Assembly (NCBI RefSeq): GCF_009914755.1
Contig: NC_060926.1
Direction: 5' to 3' (one strand)
DNA length: 64,000 bases
Origin: the human T2T-CHM13v2.0 reference genome, Homo sapiens
A program made the translations under genes and the position numbers. The notes beneath the pieces were generated by a model. The model was given only the letters and a program-made list of their open reading frames with translations. It was not told the origin of the DNA and ran no database searches. Positions within the stretch are counted from its first letter, which is position 1. Every line of letters begins with the position of its first letter. Shown piece after piece: positions 17,646 through 42,127 of the stretch.

Positions 17646-20006
17646 TAATTAAAAATATATATGTATATGGATTAACGTTTAAATTATAGGGAAAAAAAGA
17701 GCTAAGATGTTGGCAGAGAAGGAGCTGGGAGCTCAGGGAACTCCAATAAGCCTGACAGCATTTGAAAGATGTAGGCTGTAGGGAGAAAAAGGAAAGACGG
17801 TGATCATTTGAAATAAGGAGGGAGGGATCCAGGGTTAGGCCAAGCATGTGGGGAGAAAGCAGGCCCCGGTCAGTTGGGCCCAGGGCTGGGGCTCTGTGGG
17901 GTCTCACTGGGGCCAGGGCCTCCCTCCTGGATTGAGGTTCATCCTCCCTCCCCAGGCCTCCCACTTTCAGGAGCTCTGGGGCTGGGAAGGGCATCTCTGC
18001 CCAGGGGAGGGGTGCCAGGCGTGCTATTCTGTGGGGTTCCCTTTCTACATGGCTGGATTCCAAATTGCAAGGAATGTGATAGCATTTTCATGGAAGGAGA
18101 GGGAGCAACAGACCTTTCAAGAATGAAGAAAACAAATCCACCTGCATTTGCCTTTCCCAGAGGCTCAGAAGTTTGATATAAGATCATCTGTTTGCAGGTA
18201 GCCTTGTCTTAAGGGGCTTTCACACTGCAGTTGCTTGGAGAACCTTCTAGCAGGTTAAAGATAAGTGTTCCCCCTTCCCCCGGTGTGTTTGGCCCTGGAC
18301 CCTACCTGGGAGGCTGAGCCCCTCACTCCCAGTTTCCTTCAGCCACACCTGCCTGTGTGATGAGCACATTGAGGATTCTTTATCTTGTCTATTTTCCTTT
18401 ATCTTTTCAAATACCTAACTCCAATACAAAAAATTAGCTAGGCGTGGTGGCAGGGTCCTGTAGTCCCACCTACTCAGGAGGCTGAGGCAAGAGAATCTCT
18501 TGAACCCCGAAGGCGGATGTTGTAGTGAGCCGAGATTGCGCCACTGCACTCCAGCCTGGGCAACAGAGGGAGATTCCATCTCAAAAAACAAACAAAACAA
18601 ATACCTAACTCCAGTTTCTGTCTTTGTGAACTATTTTGGAGGGGCAACCTTGGCATTATGAGGACTGACCTGAAAATCAAGTCTCACTTCCCTAAAACCC
18701 AACTCCTGGCCATATCACCCAGCCTGGGGCAGAGCTGCGGGTTAGGGGGTCAGGCTGGGGGTCCTCCTTGGGCCTGATGATCTTGGGCTGATCCACCTTG
18801 GTGGGCCTGTTTCTCCATCAGCCAAACAGCACCACACCCCTCAGAGGAGCCTTGAAGGATTACATCAGATGACATTCATTTGAAGGGTATGGCTGGTGAG
18901 ACTGTTTCTCTGAATGTCTGCAAGGCGGCAACATCAGCATTCCTCTTGGCGAACAATGAATTCCTTTGCATATGTCGGTAGCCATGGGACCATGCTTTGA
19001 GGCCAAAATCAGAATCCACAAATATTCAGAAACGTGACTCCTATCATTTCTGTCTACATCTGGAGAGATAATTGCCAAATGTCTAACTCTCACAGTTACA
19101 ACAGTGACCTGGACATGGGGACACTGAGCACACACTGTGCCTTCTCTAGCCCCTTCCAAGTTCACGGGTACATCGTTCCTACTGTACTCGAAAGCTTAGC
19201 GTCTGCTTGAAACCCCGGGTTCATTCTGATCCCCAGGAATTCACTTACTTCAGTTTTCACCATCTCTGAAGCGGGGCTACTAATAACCACTTCACAGTAC
19301 TGCTGTGTTCAGTGAGGTAATTTAGGACAGTGCCTGGCACTTCTAAGCTCTCAGGCAACCATAAAGGCAGGCGGCTGTGATTAATTCTTCACAGGACTGT
19401 TGTGAAGATCAAAAGGATCAGTACATGAGACAATGCCTCGTGAACTGCAAAGCCGACCAGTTTTAGTTACTACATGTTTGGAACCCTGCTGTGTGCAGTT
19501 CCCTAGGTAGACATCAGGCATTTTGAGAGAAGCAGATAGAATAGTGAGATGATGAAGATGTGAGGTTTTTCCTGCCTGTCTTGCAAATCCAGGCCCTAAA
19601 GGAAGTGACTAGACAAACCCTCCAAGGGTCACTTTGAAGAGAGAAAGATAGGTTTCTGGTGTATATATCCTGGCTCCATAGGAGAGGGGGTGCCACTGAT
19701 GTTGTAGCTTTATTATTTTTTTTCTTTTTATTATACTTTTTGTTTGGTGGGGTGGTTGGTTTTTTCTTTTTTTGAGACGGAGTTTCACACTTTGCCCAGG
19801 CTAGAGTGAAGTGGTGTAATCTCGGCTCACTGCAACCTCTGTCCCCTGGGTTCAAGAGTTTCTTCTGCCTCAGCCTCCTGAGTAGCTAGGATTATAGCCA
19901 CCCACCACCACGCCCGGCTAATTTTTGTATTTTTATTAGAGACAGGGTTTTGCCATGTTGGCCAGCTGGTCTCAAACTCCTGACCTCAGGTGATCCACCC
20001 GCCTAG

Positions 20007-20432
<426 letters not shown>

Positions 20433-20675
20433 TGACTGAGCAGCTGGGATTGAAGGGGGTGGTTGGCTCAGGATTCCTTTCTCTCCTGCCCTTCTCCCCT
20501 CCACATTACATGGTCATATCTCCACACTCACTTTATTCCTGTACCCAGCTGGTGGCTCTCAGCAGAACACCAATGGCCCTTTTCCTTCTATGGGACTTGC
20601 CCACTGGGCTAGTGGGCTTCTGTTTCCCAGCACATTCTCTCCAAAGGAATTGAACCAAATTTTCTTGCCCATTTA

Positions 20676-21017
<342 letters not shown>

Positions 21018-21121
21018 CTAAGCTTGCCAAGGTCTTTTCTGACATATTTGACCTTTTTTGTTAGGCCTGGAGAACGTTGCAGGCTTTGGGGCCTGAAAGG
21101 AAGGTTTCCCAAGTCTTCTAG

Positions 21122-21367
<246 letters not shown>

Positions 21368-22269
21368 TAGTAGAGACAGGGTTTCGCCATGTTGGCCAGG
21401 CTGGTCTTGAGCTCCTGACCTCAGTTGACCCTCCCATCTCAGCCTCCCAAAGTGCTGGGATTACAGGCGTGAGCCACCGTGCCCTGCCAGAGGATGGCTT
21501 TTCTCATCCCCCTCCCTGTGTTGGGGAGAGCCTCTTGTCCCTCACATGTGACAGCCCCTCTGTGTCTGCGGGAGGCTGCGCTAGCTCCGGCTTATGTGGG
21601 CTGGGAAGCCGTCTCCCTGGTGCTTCCTCTCCCAGCTGAGGACAGATTCCTGCCTATTCCCTGACCTTTACTTATCCTCCCATCTGCCTAGTCAGTTTGT
21701 CTCCTGTTCCTGGGCGCTGCTGTCTCCTTACACCCAGGCTTTTCAGTTCCTCCCTTACTCGCTTCACTCTCCTTCCTTTCTGCTCACTCTTTGTTCATGT
21801 CCCAAATGATTGGCGTGTCATATGCACCACATTGATCACTTCAGCCTGTTCTGCGAATTCTGTTGGAACACGCTATGTGTGCTGGGCAGTGAGCGGTGGG
21901 CAGAAGACATTTATCCAGACTCTTGGCACTGAAGGCACCTTAGTGGTCATGTTTTTCTTTTTTAAGAGATAGATCTCACTGTGTTGCCCAGGCTGGACTT
22001 GACCTGCTGGGCTCAAGCAGTCCTCCTGCCTCAGCCTCTGGAGTAGCTAGGATTACAGGTTCAAGCCACTGTACCTGCCCTTAGTGGTCATTTAACTGGG
22101 CCACCCCTTCTAAGGCTGACTTGACCAGAGAAGTGCTTCTCAGAGGGTTTCCTTGAAAAACCGCATTGCCAAGGTACGTCTTCTCAACAGAAAATCCCCA
22201 AATGCAGAGGACTGTGTGGTCAGATGAGTCTGTGTGCTCTGTTTCCCTCTTGTAAGTTTTGGACACATA

Positions 22270-22370
22270 CGGAAGGCTCTGGAAAGTTCCACACTGAACC
22301 TGTTAACTTTGACTGGGACTCCGTGTAACAGAGACTGTCCCTCCCAGCCGGTTTGTGCAAGCTCTCTTTA
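22270..22370. promoter_or_regulatory. Candidate hepatocyte-type intronic enhancer
   Basis: GGAAAGTTCC (NF-kB-like, 22281), TGTTAACTTTG (near-FOXA overlapping a DR1-like site, 22301) and TTGTGCAA (C/EBP-like, 22353) in a unique island between Alus. Confidence 0.5.
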
Positions 22371-22427
22371 CTTCTCAGGTCTAGTTCCAGTTGGCCGTTT
22401 TGCCAGAAGGCACTTCCTTGCACTTAG

Positions 22428-22772
<345 letters not shown>

Positions 22773-23839
22773 TAGCCAGGATGGTCTTGATCTCCTGACC
22801 GCGTGATCCACCCACCTCGGCCTCCCAAAGTGCTGGGATTACAGGCGTGAGCCACCGTGCCCGGCCTGTGTGGGGTCTTAAGTCCATTCGTCTTCTTGGC
22901 TGCTTCCCACTGACCAGGCCCATGGCCTCCCTGAAGTGTGAGGTCTGTGTGGAGTGGGGCAGACCATGATGAGGTGGGTAGGACTGTGGCCCTTGCATTC
23001 AGGATTCAGGACTTTTTGTACTTGCCACTATGATTTATTTCGCCCATGAGTTTTCTGGCAGCCTCCCTGACTCACTGTAGGGTCCCAGTCCCCTGAAGGT
23101 GTGGTCACAGTTGCAAGTGAGCGCCATTTCTCTCAAAACCTGTGCTGGGAAAGTCAGTCTGTGGGGGTCTTAGTTTTAGGACCTTGCTTTTTTTTTTTTT
23201 TTTTAATTGTTTTGGGACAGAGTCTCACTCTGTCACCCAGGCTGGAGTGCAGTTGTATGAGCACAGCTCATTGCAGCCTCGACCTCCCAGGCTTGAAATG
23301 ATCCCCCTGCCTCAGCCTTCTGAGGAGCTGGAACCACAGGCACATGCCACTATGCCTTGCTAATTTTTTTATATTTTTGAAGAGACAGGGTCTCACTATG
23401 TTGCCCAGGCTTGTCTTGAACTCCTGGGCTCAAACAGTCCTCCCACCTCAGCCTCCCAAAGTGCTGGGATTGGAGGCATGCACCACTGCTCCCAGCCAGT
23501 ACCTTGCATTTTTTAAAAATTGTGGTGAGATATACATAATGTGAAATTTAGCAGTTTTGTTTTGTTTGAGACAGGGTCGCATGCTGTCACCTAGGCTGGA
23601 GTGATCACAGCTCACTGTAGCCTCAAACTCTTGTGCTCAAGTGATCCTCCCCCTTCAGCCTCCCGAGTAGCTGGGACCGCAGATGTGGGCCACCACATTC
23701 AGGTACTTTCTTAATTTTTTTGTAGAGATGGGGTCTTGTTTTGTTGCCCAGGCTGGTCTGAAACTCCTAGGCTCAAGTGATTCTCCTGCCTGGGCCTGCC
23801 AGAGTGCTGGGATAACAGGCAAGCCTGACTGCACCCAGC

Positions 23840-24288
23840 AAAATTCACCATTTTTAACCATTTTTAAGTATAGAGTTCAGTGGCAACAACATTGACATTA
23901 TTATGCAACCATCACTGTCATCCATTTCCAGAATGTCTTCACCCTCCTAAACTGAAACTCTGTCCCCATTCAACACTAACTCCCCATTCACCTCCCCAGC
24001 CCTTGACAGTCACCATTCTACTTCTGTCTCGATGATTTTGACTACTCTAGGGACCTGATAAGTGAATTCATACAATGAGGTGCCCTTTTTGCGACTGGCT
24101 TATTTCACTTGGCACAATGTCTTCAAGGTTCACCCATGTTGTAGCCTGTGAGCATGGGTCAGAGTTCACTTCCCTTTCATTGCTGAATGAAATTCCATTG
24201 TTTGTATAGATCACATTTTGTCAATGGGCATTTGAGTTGTTTCTACCTTTTGGTGACTGTGAATAATGCTGCTAAGAATACTAGTGTC
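23840..24288 (-). mobile_element. Old L1 (L1M-type) 3' fragment
   Basis: CAACCATCACTGTCATCCATTTCCAGAA...CATTCTACTT...CTGGCTTATTTCACTT...CAAGGTTCA...GTGAATAATGCTGC. A similar piece lies at ~27930-28690. Confidence 0.75.
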
Positions 24289-24409
24289 AGCCAGGCATGG
24301 TGGCTCACGCCTGTAATCCCTGCATTTTGGGAGACCGAGGCAGGCGGATCACCTGAGGTCAGGAGTTCGAGACCCACCTGGCCAACATGATGAAACCCTG
24401 TCTCTACTA

Positions 24410-24571
<162 letters not shown>

Positions 24572-24687
24572 TCAAAAAAAAAAAAAGAATACTAGTGTCC
24601 AGACTCCATTGGATCCTATGGTAATTCTTTGTTTAGGACCTTGCATTTTTCTTTCTTTTCTTTTTTTTTTTTTTTTTTTGAGACTGA

Positions 24688-24789
<102 letters not shown>

Positions 24790-24796
24790 TAGCTGA

Positions 24797-25018
<222 letters not shown>

Positions 25019-25249
25019 TGAGATCTTTTGGGCCTAGATTCTGCCCCAACTTTGTGTCACCAGCGAATCTGAGAGTCAGCACCCTTTCCAGGTGGCTTTA
25101 ACTAACAGCCAGTCCGCCTAATTGTATCCATACTTCTCTTCCCCATAAGAGCCTGCCTGCTAGAGGGCGTTGCTCACCCTGAGTGGTAACATCAGGTCAG
25201 CTGTGGTTTTCTGTTAGATCAACTTGACAGTAACGTTTCACAACTAAAT

Positions 25250-25680
25250 AAGCATGTGACCCAGCATCCAATCTTGGGTATATACACGAAAAAATGGAAA
25301 TATATGTCCAAACACTTGTATATGAACGTTCAAAGCAACACTATTCATAAGAGCCAAAAGGTGGAAACAACAAAATGTCCATCACCTGATGAGTGAAGAA
25401 ACGAAGTGTGGTATATTGATACAGTGGAATATTGTTGGGCTACAAAATGTCCACAAGAGGCAAATCCATACAGACAGAAAGGCTAGTAGTTGCTGGGGGA
25501 TAGGGGTGGCAAGGGGAGAGTGGGGAATGACTGCTAATGGGTATCAGTTTCTTTTTAGGGTGAGGCAAACGTTCTGGAATTACATGGTAATGATGTTGGC
25601 ACAACCTGAATATACTAAAAATTAATGCACTGTACAGTGAATTTTATGGTATGTTAATTATATCTCAGTAAAGCTGTTTT
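25250..25680 (+). mobile_element. Old L1 (L1MB-like) 3' end
   Basis: AGCAACACTATTCATAAGAGCCAAAAGGTGGAAACAAC..AAATGTCCATCA...ACTGCTAATGGGTA...TTTTATGGTATGTTAATTATATCTCA.TAAAGCT. Confidence 0.75.
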
Positions 25681-26457
25681 TTAAAAAAAACTTAGAAAAC
25701 AGGGAAGTGAGGTCCATCCTCAAGTCATTTTCAGTGAACCCATGGAAATTGTTGCTTCCCTTCTTAAAGTGCTCACAAACCGTCCTCTGGCAACACTAGA
25801 TCCTGGGCTGGTGCATCTGTGATTCACATACTCTGCCCACTTCTGGGAAACCCAGAAGCACCTTGCTTGTTTCCAGATCTGGAACACCTGTCTCATCCTT
25901 CACGGTTCCTCAAAGCTCACCAACAGCCACCCAGCGATCTTGTCTGTGTCCTTTAGTGCTTTGCAATGTAGCTCTGCCAGCAAGGAGGCTGCACTGAGCA
26001 CAGAGCTGCTTGAGTAAGAAGTAGCCAGCATACTGTTAAAGTGAGGGCACTGAGAAAAAAAAAAACACAAGAAATAAAAATAGAAGCACCCACCAGAGGA
26101 AGGTGGTGAATGCTAAGTCCCGGAGAAGGATGGACAGTGGGTGCTATTGGAGAGCTGTGGGGGAAGCAGGTGGCTCCCTGAGCTCCTGGGCACAGGAGGA
26201 CCATAGAGGAGGGCAGGGAGGGGGTGGCTGGGTGAGAGGAATGGCACAAGTTGGCCACTGTGGCTGGAAGGGAGCCTGTCAGGGATTCCTGGGCCTCCTC
26301 TCCAGCCTGACCTTGGGAGCCTTAACTACTGCCAGTCCACAGCACTAGATTCCTAGGTGCCCACAGGCTACATTTCTTGGCAGGTAGTGGTTGTTCTCAA
26401 TAATGGTGGGTTTTTGTTACTGAGGCTGTGTTGGGGAGAATGCAGACGGGTAATGAG

Positions 26458-28611
<2,154 letters not shown>

Positions 28612-29553
28612 TGGATATACCCCGTTTCGTTTCTCCTTTCATCTGTCCGCAGACACCCGCGTTGTTTCCACCTTTTGGCTGTTGTAAACTGATTTGTTTT
28701 TAGAGCAAGGTATTCATACCTGAGCAACAAGGGGTCTCTGGGTGGCGGGAAATGCTTGAAGGGAGGAGAGCCAGGGGGTCTGTGGAGAAATCCTGTAATG
28801 GGGGAAGTGGCTTGGAGGAAGCAGAGCACACAGGGCTGAAGATGGCTGGGCCAGGAGGGGACAGGCCCAGTCCCACCTGGTGAAGCTGGGTTTGTTTCCT
28901 GGCTGGGGGCTGGGGGGCCAGTCAGCAGAGGGGTGGCCCTGTTAGAGGACAGAGTCAGAGCCCTCTTGGTAGACACGGCCGTTCAGAGCTGGAGACAAGA
29001 CGAGCGAACCAGAGGGGAATCATGAGCCAGAGTCATGATTCCGCACACAGGGGTGGGAAGCAACTTCCCTAGACCTGGGACGGAAAGGCGGGCTGTTGGG
29101 AATGGCTGTGGGAGAGAACCAGGGGCAGTGACCAGGAGGAGGCTCCTGGAATTGCCAGCCCTTCCCTGTGAACGTGCTGGGCGTCAGGGGCCAGCTCCTG
29201 CAACCCCTCCAGTGTCCAGCATTAGGAGGAGGTGCTCGCTTGATGTTTGTTGACTGAAACTGGGGGAAATAAAGGTAAACAAAGCATGTTTCTCACCCTC
29301 CAGAAATTATGGTTTAGTTGAGGAGATAAAAGACATGAAAACCAACAGGTAGTACAAGATCTGCTTTGAGTCATACAAAGCCCTGAAGCGCTCTGAGGAG
29401 AGAGGGGTTCCTCTGGAGCAGGTGACCCACATTGGCCTCGCAGAGCGGGAGGTATTTGAGTCATTTTTCGATGAATGAAGCCAAAGGAATTACATGTTTC
29501 GGAGACTAACGAGTGTCCTTTCATCCCGGTCATGCATTCCTTTGACCCTGCAG

Positions 29554-29701
29554 GTATGACGCTGGGCGGGATGGCTTCATCGACCTGATGGAGCTGAAGC
29601 TGATGATGGAGAAGCTGGGGGCCCCCCAGACCCACCTGGGCCTGAAGAGCATGATCAAGGAGGTGGATGAGGACTTCGATGGCAAGCTCAGCTTCCGGGA
29701 G
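29554..29701 (+). CDS. EFHD1: EFHD1 coding exon 2 (both EF-hand Ca2+-binding loops)
   Basis: Acceptor tttgaccctgcag|G. The first G completes CTG (Leu). Reads YDAGRDGFIDLMELKLMMEKLGAPQTHLGLKSMIKEVDEDFDGKLSFRE, with loops DAGRDGFIDLME and DEDFDGKLSFRE. Donor GAG|gtacct; 148 nt restores frame (302+148=450). Confidence 0.97.
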
Positions 29702-30116
29702 GTACCTGCCTGCTGTGGCCCTGAGCCCCTGTGGGGTGCCCCTGAGAGGACCTTCAGGTGTACAGCCCACTGGAGCACAAATGGGTTTGGCCTCTCCAGA
29801 GCGCTGTTTGCGTATCTAACCTGCAATTCCGCTTTCAAAAATACCTTTTAGGTGACAGCTAACCCCAGTGCTGGCCTGGAAAAAGCAGCATGGGTAGTAG
29901 TATAACCTCATTTGAGTAAAATAATAAGAAATTTGGCGATGTTCACCAAAATATTCATAGTGGATATTTATGGGGGCAAAATGTTGGTGCTTTTATAATG
30001 TTATGCTTTTTTATATATTAAAGCTTTTCATTTTTTAACGTATTTTTAAAATTTTTTATTTTTAATTGTTATGGATACATAATAGTTGTACATATTTATG
30101 GGGGACATGTGATATA

Positions 30117-36662
<6,546 letters not shown>

Positions 36663-37061
36663 TTAGGGAAGAGGGTTATGAAAAAAGACCTGGAAACCTG
36701 CAATTTTCCTGTGGGTGCATACATTTTAGGTAGCACCTGAAAACCTGGAGAGAGCCTCTTTCGATGATAGCTTGGAACGTATCAGTTTATATTCTTTCCA
36801 TATGGAAAAATAAGTCATGAAGCTTAGATAGCAGTTGTTTAAAGAAGAGAACTAAAAAAGCCACAAAATTGCCTTGGGAGAGGACAGGAAGATGGGGAAA
36901 TTGCCATTTAAGTTTGGCCAATTTATAGCTGGGCATGGTGGCTCATGCCTGCAATCCCAGCACTTTGGGAGGCCTGAGGCTAGGAGTTCAAGACCAGCTT
37001 GGTCAACATGGTGAAACCCCATTTCTACTAAAAATACAAAAATTAACCAGGTGTGATGTCA

Positions 37062-37217
<156 letters not shown>

Positions 37218-37259
37218 TTATTTAAAAGTTTGTTCTTTGGAAGCCTGAAGATTAATTAA

Positions 37260-37720
37260 TTCAGGTCACATTTTGAATCTGGAGGAGGAGGGTGGATTAT
37301 TCAACAAATGATGCAAGGATTACTAACCAACCATTTGGAAGAAAATAAGGTTAATGATTAACCTCACATGATAAATAAAAATAAATTTCAGAGATTAAAT
37401 ATTTACATGGTTAAAAAAAAAAAGAAGCCATAAAAGTTGTAGACAAAACATAGGTGGTTGTTTATATAACCTTGGTGCTGAGGAAGGTTTTTCTAAGCAT
37501 AACACTATATGTAAAATTTTTGAAAGTTGAAAATTAGCATAAACATACTTAAAAGGCAAGTGATAGAGCTAAAATATTTGAAACATACCAGGTTCTATGA
37601 AGATCTTTAGCAAATGGTAAGAAAGGCAAACAATCTAATGCAAAAATGAGACACACAAGAAAAGTACAAGTTGTTAAAAAACCATTGGAAATATTATTTA
37701 GTTTTTAAAAAATAGTATAT
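37260..37720 (+). mobile_element. Old L1 ORF2/3' remnant
   Basis: AT-rich. TATTCAACAAATG...CATTTGGAAGAAAA...ACCTCACA...AAAATAAATTTCAGA..ATTAAA resembles the end of L1 ORF2. Confidence 0.6.
37348..37364. promoter_or_regulatory. Perfect HNF1A/HNF1B palindromic motif
   Basis: AGGTTAATGATTAACCT contains the consensus GTTAATNATTAAC with extended dyad symmetry. Confidence 0.6.
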
Positions 37721-38178
37721 ACAGGTTTATTTGATTTTTCTTTCATCACTGTAAACTAGGATGCTGCTAATTTTTTACTTTCATAGATAATGTTTAAACC
37801 ATTGTAGGAATGTTTCTGAAGGATAAATTCCCACCAGTGGAATTAATGGTTGGAAGGCAAAAAGCATCTTATTTTCAGTAAACATTTCCAAAGTGCCCAT
37901 CAAGGCCAGGCACAGTGCCTCACACCTGTAATTTCAGCACTTTAGGAGACTGAGGCAGGAGGATCACTTGAGACCAGGAGTTTGAGACCAGCCTGGGCAA
38001 CGTAGAAGACCCTGTCTCTACAAATTAAAAAAAAAAAAAATTAGCCAGGTGTGGTGGCACACGCCTGTGGTCCCAGCTACTCAGGAATCAGAGGGCATAG
38101 GACCACCTGAGCCCAGGAGGTCAAGGTTGCAGTGAGCTATGAACACACCACAGCACTCCAGAGCGAGACCCTGTCTCA

Positions 38179-38585
<407 letters not shown>

Positions 38586-39059
38586 TCACTTGAGGTCAGG
38601 AGTTTGAGACCAACCTGGCCAACATGGCAAAACCCCATCCCTACTAAAAATATAAAAATTAGCCGCGCATGGTGGCACACACCTGTAATCCCAGCTACTC
38701 GGGAGGCTGAGACATGAGAATCGCTTGAGCCCAGAGGCAGAGGTTGCAGTGAGCCGAGATCATGCCATTGCACTCCAGCCTGGGCAACAGAGCGAGACTC
38801 TGCCTCAAAAAAAAAAAAAAAGTTTGAATCGGTTTACACTCTCAAATAAATATGAAGGTGCCCATTTCCCTATAGCCTTGGGAAAAATCGGCATGTTTTC
38901 ATTTTTGACAATCTGATGAGGGAAAAAAGTAATTTGCCACATGCATACATAAACATCTTTCTTAAGTGATTGGCAGAGTGACTTCAGCTTGGACCAGAGG
39001 GCTGGTTATGAATCTGTCAGTGAGACTGACTCTGGTTCCCTACTTTCTTTCCCCTGTAG

Positions 39060-39194
39060 TTCCTGCTCATTTTCCACAAGGCCGCGGCAGGGGAGCTGCA
39101 GGAGGACAGTGGGCTGATGGCGCTGGCAAAGCTTTCTGAGATCGATGTGGCCCTGGAGGGTGTCAAAGGTGCCAAGAACTTCTTTGAAGCCAAG
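39060..39194 (+). CDS. EFHD1: EFHD1 coding exon 3 (EF2 exit helix and ligand-mimic region)
   Basis: Acceptor ctactttctttcccctgtag|TTC. Reads FLLIFHKAAAGELQEDSGLMALAKLSEIDVALEGVKGAKNFFEAK. Donor AAG|gtaggt; 135 nt, phase 0-0. Confidence 0.96.
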
Positions 39195-40481
39195 GTAGGT
39201 GCTTAGTTCCTTCTGTGAGGAGCAACCACTCCCAGCCTTCACGCTGCCCACCAGACTGCAGCTGTCATTTTCATCTCAGCAGAGCACACCTGCAGAAACA
39301 GACCAGGAGGGTCCTCCCAGTGCTCTGCCAACCAGCAAGTGGGTGCCAGTCCACCTGAGTTCAGACTCTGCCTCCTCCATCTCCCTACCCTGTCCACTCT
39401 GAGCCTCGGTGTCTTCATCTGTATGATGGAGGGGTGACAATAGAATTGCCTGAATGATTAAATGAGTTCATGTACATGAAAGCATTTAGGAAGTGCCTGG
39501 CTCACTGTGAGCCCTTCGTAGGTGGTATGGGCTGTTGGGACTCTTGTGGAGTTTTGTTTTAGTTTATTCTGGAAGCTTGCCCAGAGACAGAGTGCCTTGG
39601 TGACATATCCTGGCCTGCCCAGTCCCCTAAGCAGGACTCTAAATTCTTACTTCTCTTTGAGGCTGCTTGGAGACAGATTTCATCATCTCTCTGCCATGCT
39701 GAAAGCCCAGTGCTCTCATCTGACAGTGTCAGGGACAAGCCAACCACTCATTGCACCTTAAACACTGGCACCATGTGTCCAATAATGAAAGTGGTTTGGT
39801 CCTTCCTTCCTGACTTAACATTGATTCAGCCCATCTCCAGCAAAGCTGGGCACCGCATTGAGCTCTAAGATACAACTCCTTTCTAAAGGCGAAGTGGTCA
39901 TAACTGTTGCCCTTCCCAGGGCACACACATAGTCCAGTGAAGAAAGCAAGTGCCACAATGACACAGAGAGGGTAGAGAGGAGGGAAGGGCTATTTTGCAG
40001 GGATGGGTCTTCTCCATCCATTGAGTATATAACATGCAGATGTCTTATGATGCTTTGGGAGAGGTGCTAGGGTTGAGAGCCCGAGCTTAGCAGGACAGTT
40101 TTCACTCCACTGCTCCAGTGCAAGGTGATACGTGCTCTAGTTGAAGTAGGTTTGAGTGTCTGGGAATGTCTTATCTGGGTATTCAAGACCTGTTATGATC
40201 TGGCTCTGATCCCTGCTTCAGCCTCATCCACCCCCTGCAAATGCTGCCACGCCTTTCCCAACTGGATCTCCTGTCCCCTCTGCCTGAACGCCCTACCCAA
40301 ATGCCTCTGCCTAGAAAACTCTGCTTCATCCAGACCCACACTGAAGAGTTCCCTCCCCTGGGCTGCTTTCCCTGACTGTCCATCCTCTTCTGTGTGCCTC
40401 TAGTACACATGGAAGTGGTGTTATAATTTATCGTTTCAAGGCACCCTTACATGCTTTTGGTAAAAGTATAAATTAACCCAG

Positions 40482-40953
<472 letters not shown>

Positions 40954-41557
40954 CATGCAAATGCACATACATGTATGGACAAGGATTTTCATACAATAGT
41001 GTTAGTGATAGAGAAAAATTAGAAATAACCAAAACTTCCATTATCAGGGAAGTGAGTTCATTGTGATATACCCACACATTTGCACACTCTGCAGCTGTCA
41101 AAAAATGAGATGCAGCTGCGTGTCCGTGTGGACAGATGTCCAGAATAAATGAAGCAAGACAATATGCTGGAAACCTAATTTTGTAAACATGAAATCCAAC
41201 CTGGATCATTATATGCCAAAGTATCAGTAATAGTTTTGTCAGAGGGACTTATTTTATATTTTTGTAATGTTTTACAATGAGTGTGCATTATTTTTATAAC
41301 TGGAGAAAAGATGAAAAGAATGACAATAAAAATTCTTACAGCTCGTTATGTTTATAGGTCTGCCTCCTCACCCAGAATCAAAGGCAGAGTAGGTATGATA
41401 TCTTTGTAATTACAGTGCTTGGTATATAATGGCCCTCAATAAACATTTGCATGGATGACAAATGGAGGGCATCGTCACTGGATTTGGGAGAGGGCCATAA
41501 AGGAGCCGCCATTTGTGACAGATGTTCCAAGATGAATGGGGATTCACCTTGTAATCA

Positions 41558-42127
<570 letters not shown>

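Noticed and set aside
29702-29851. In-frame read-through of exon 2 into intron 2 (ORF 29588-29851) as an alternative last exon
   Set aside because: No canonical AATAAA close after the stop, and the added peptide has no recognisable features. Chance open frame.
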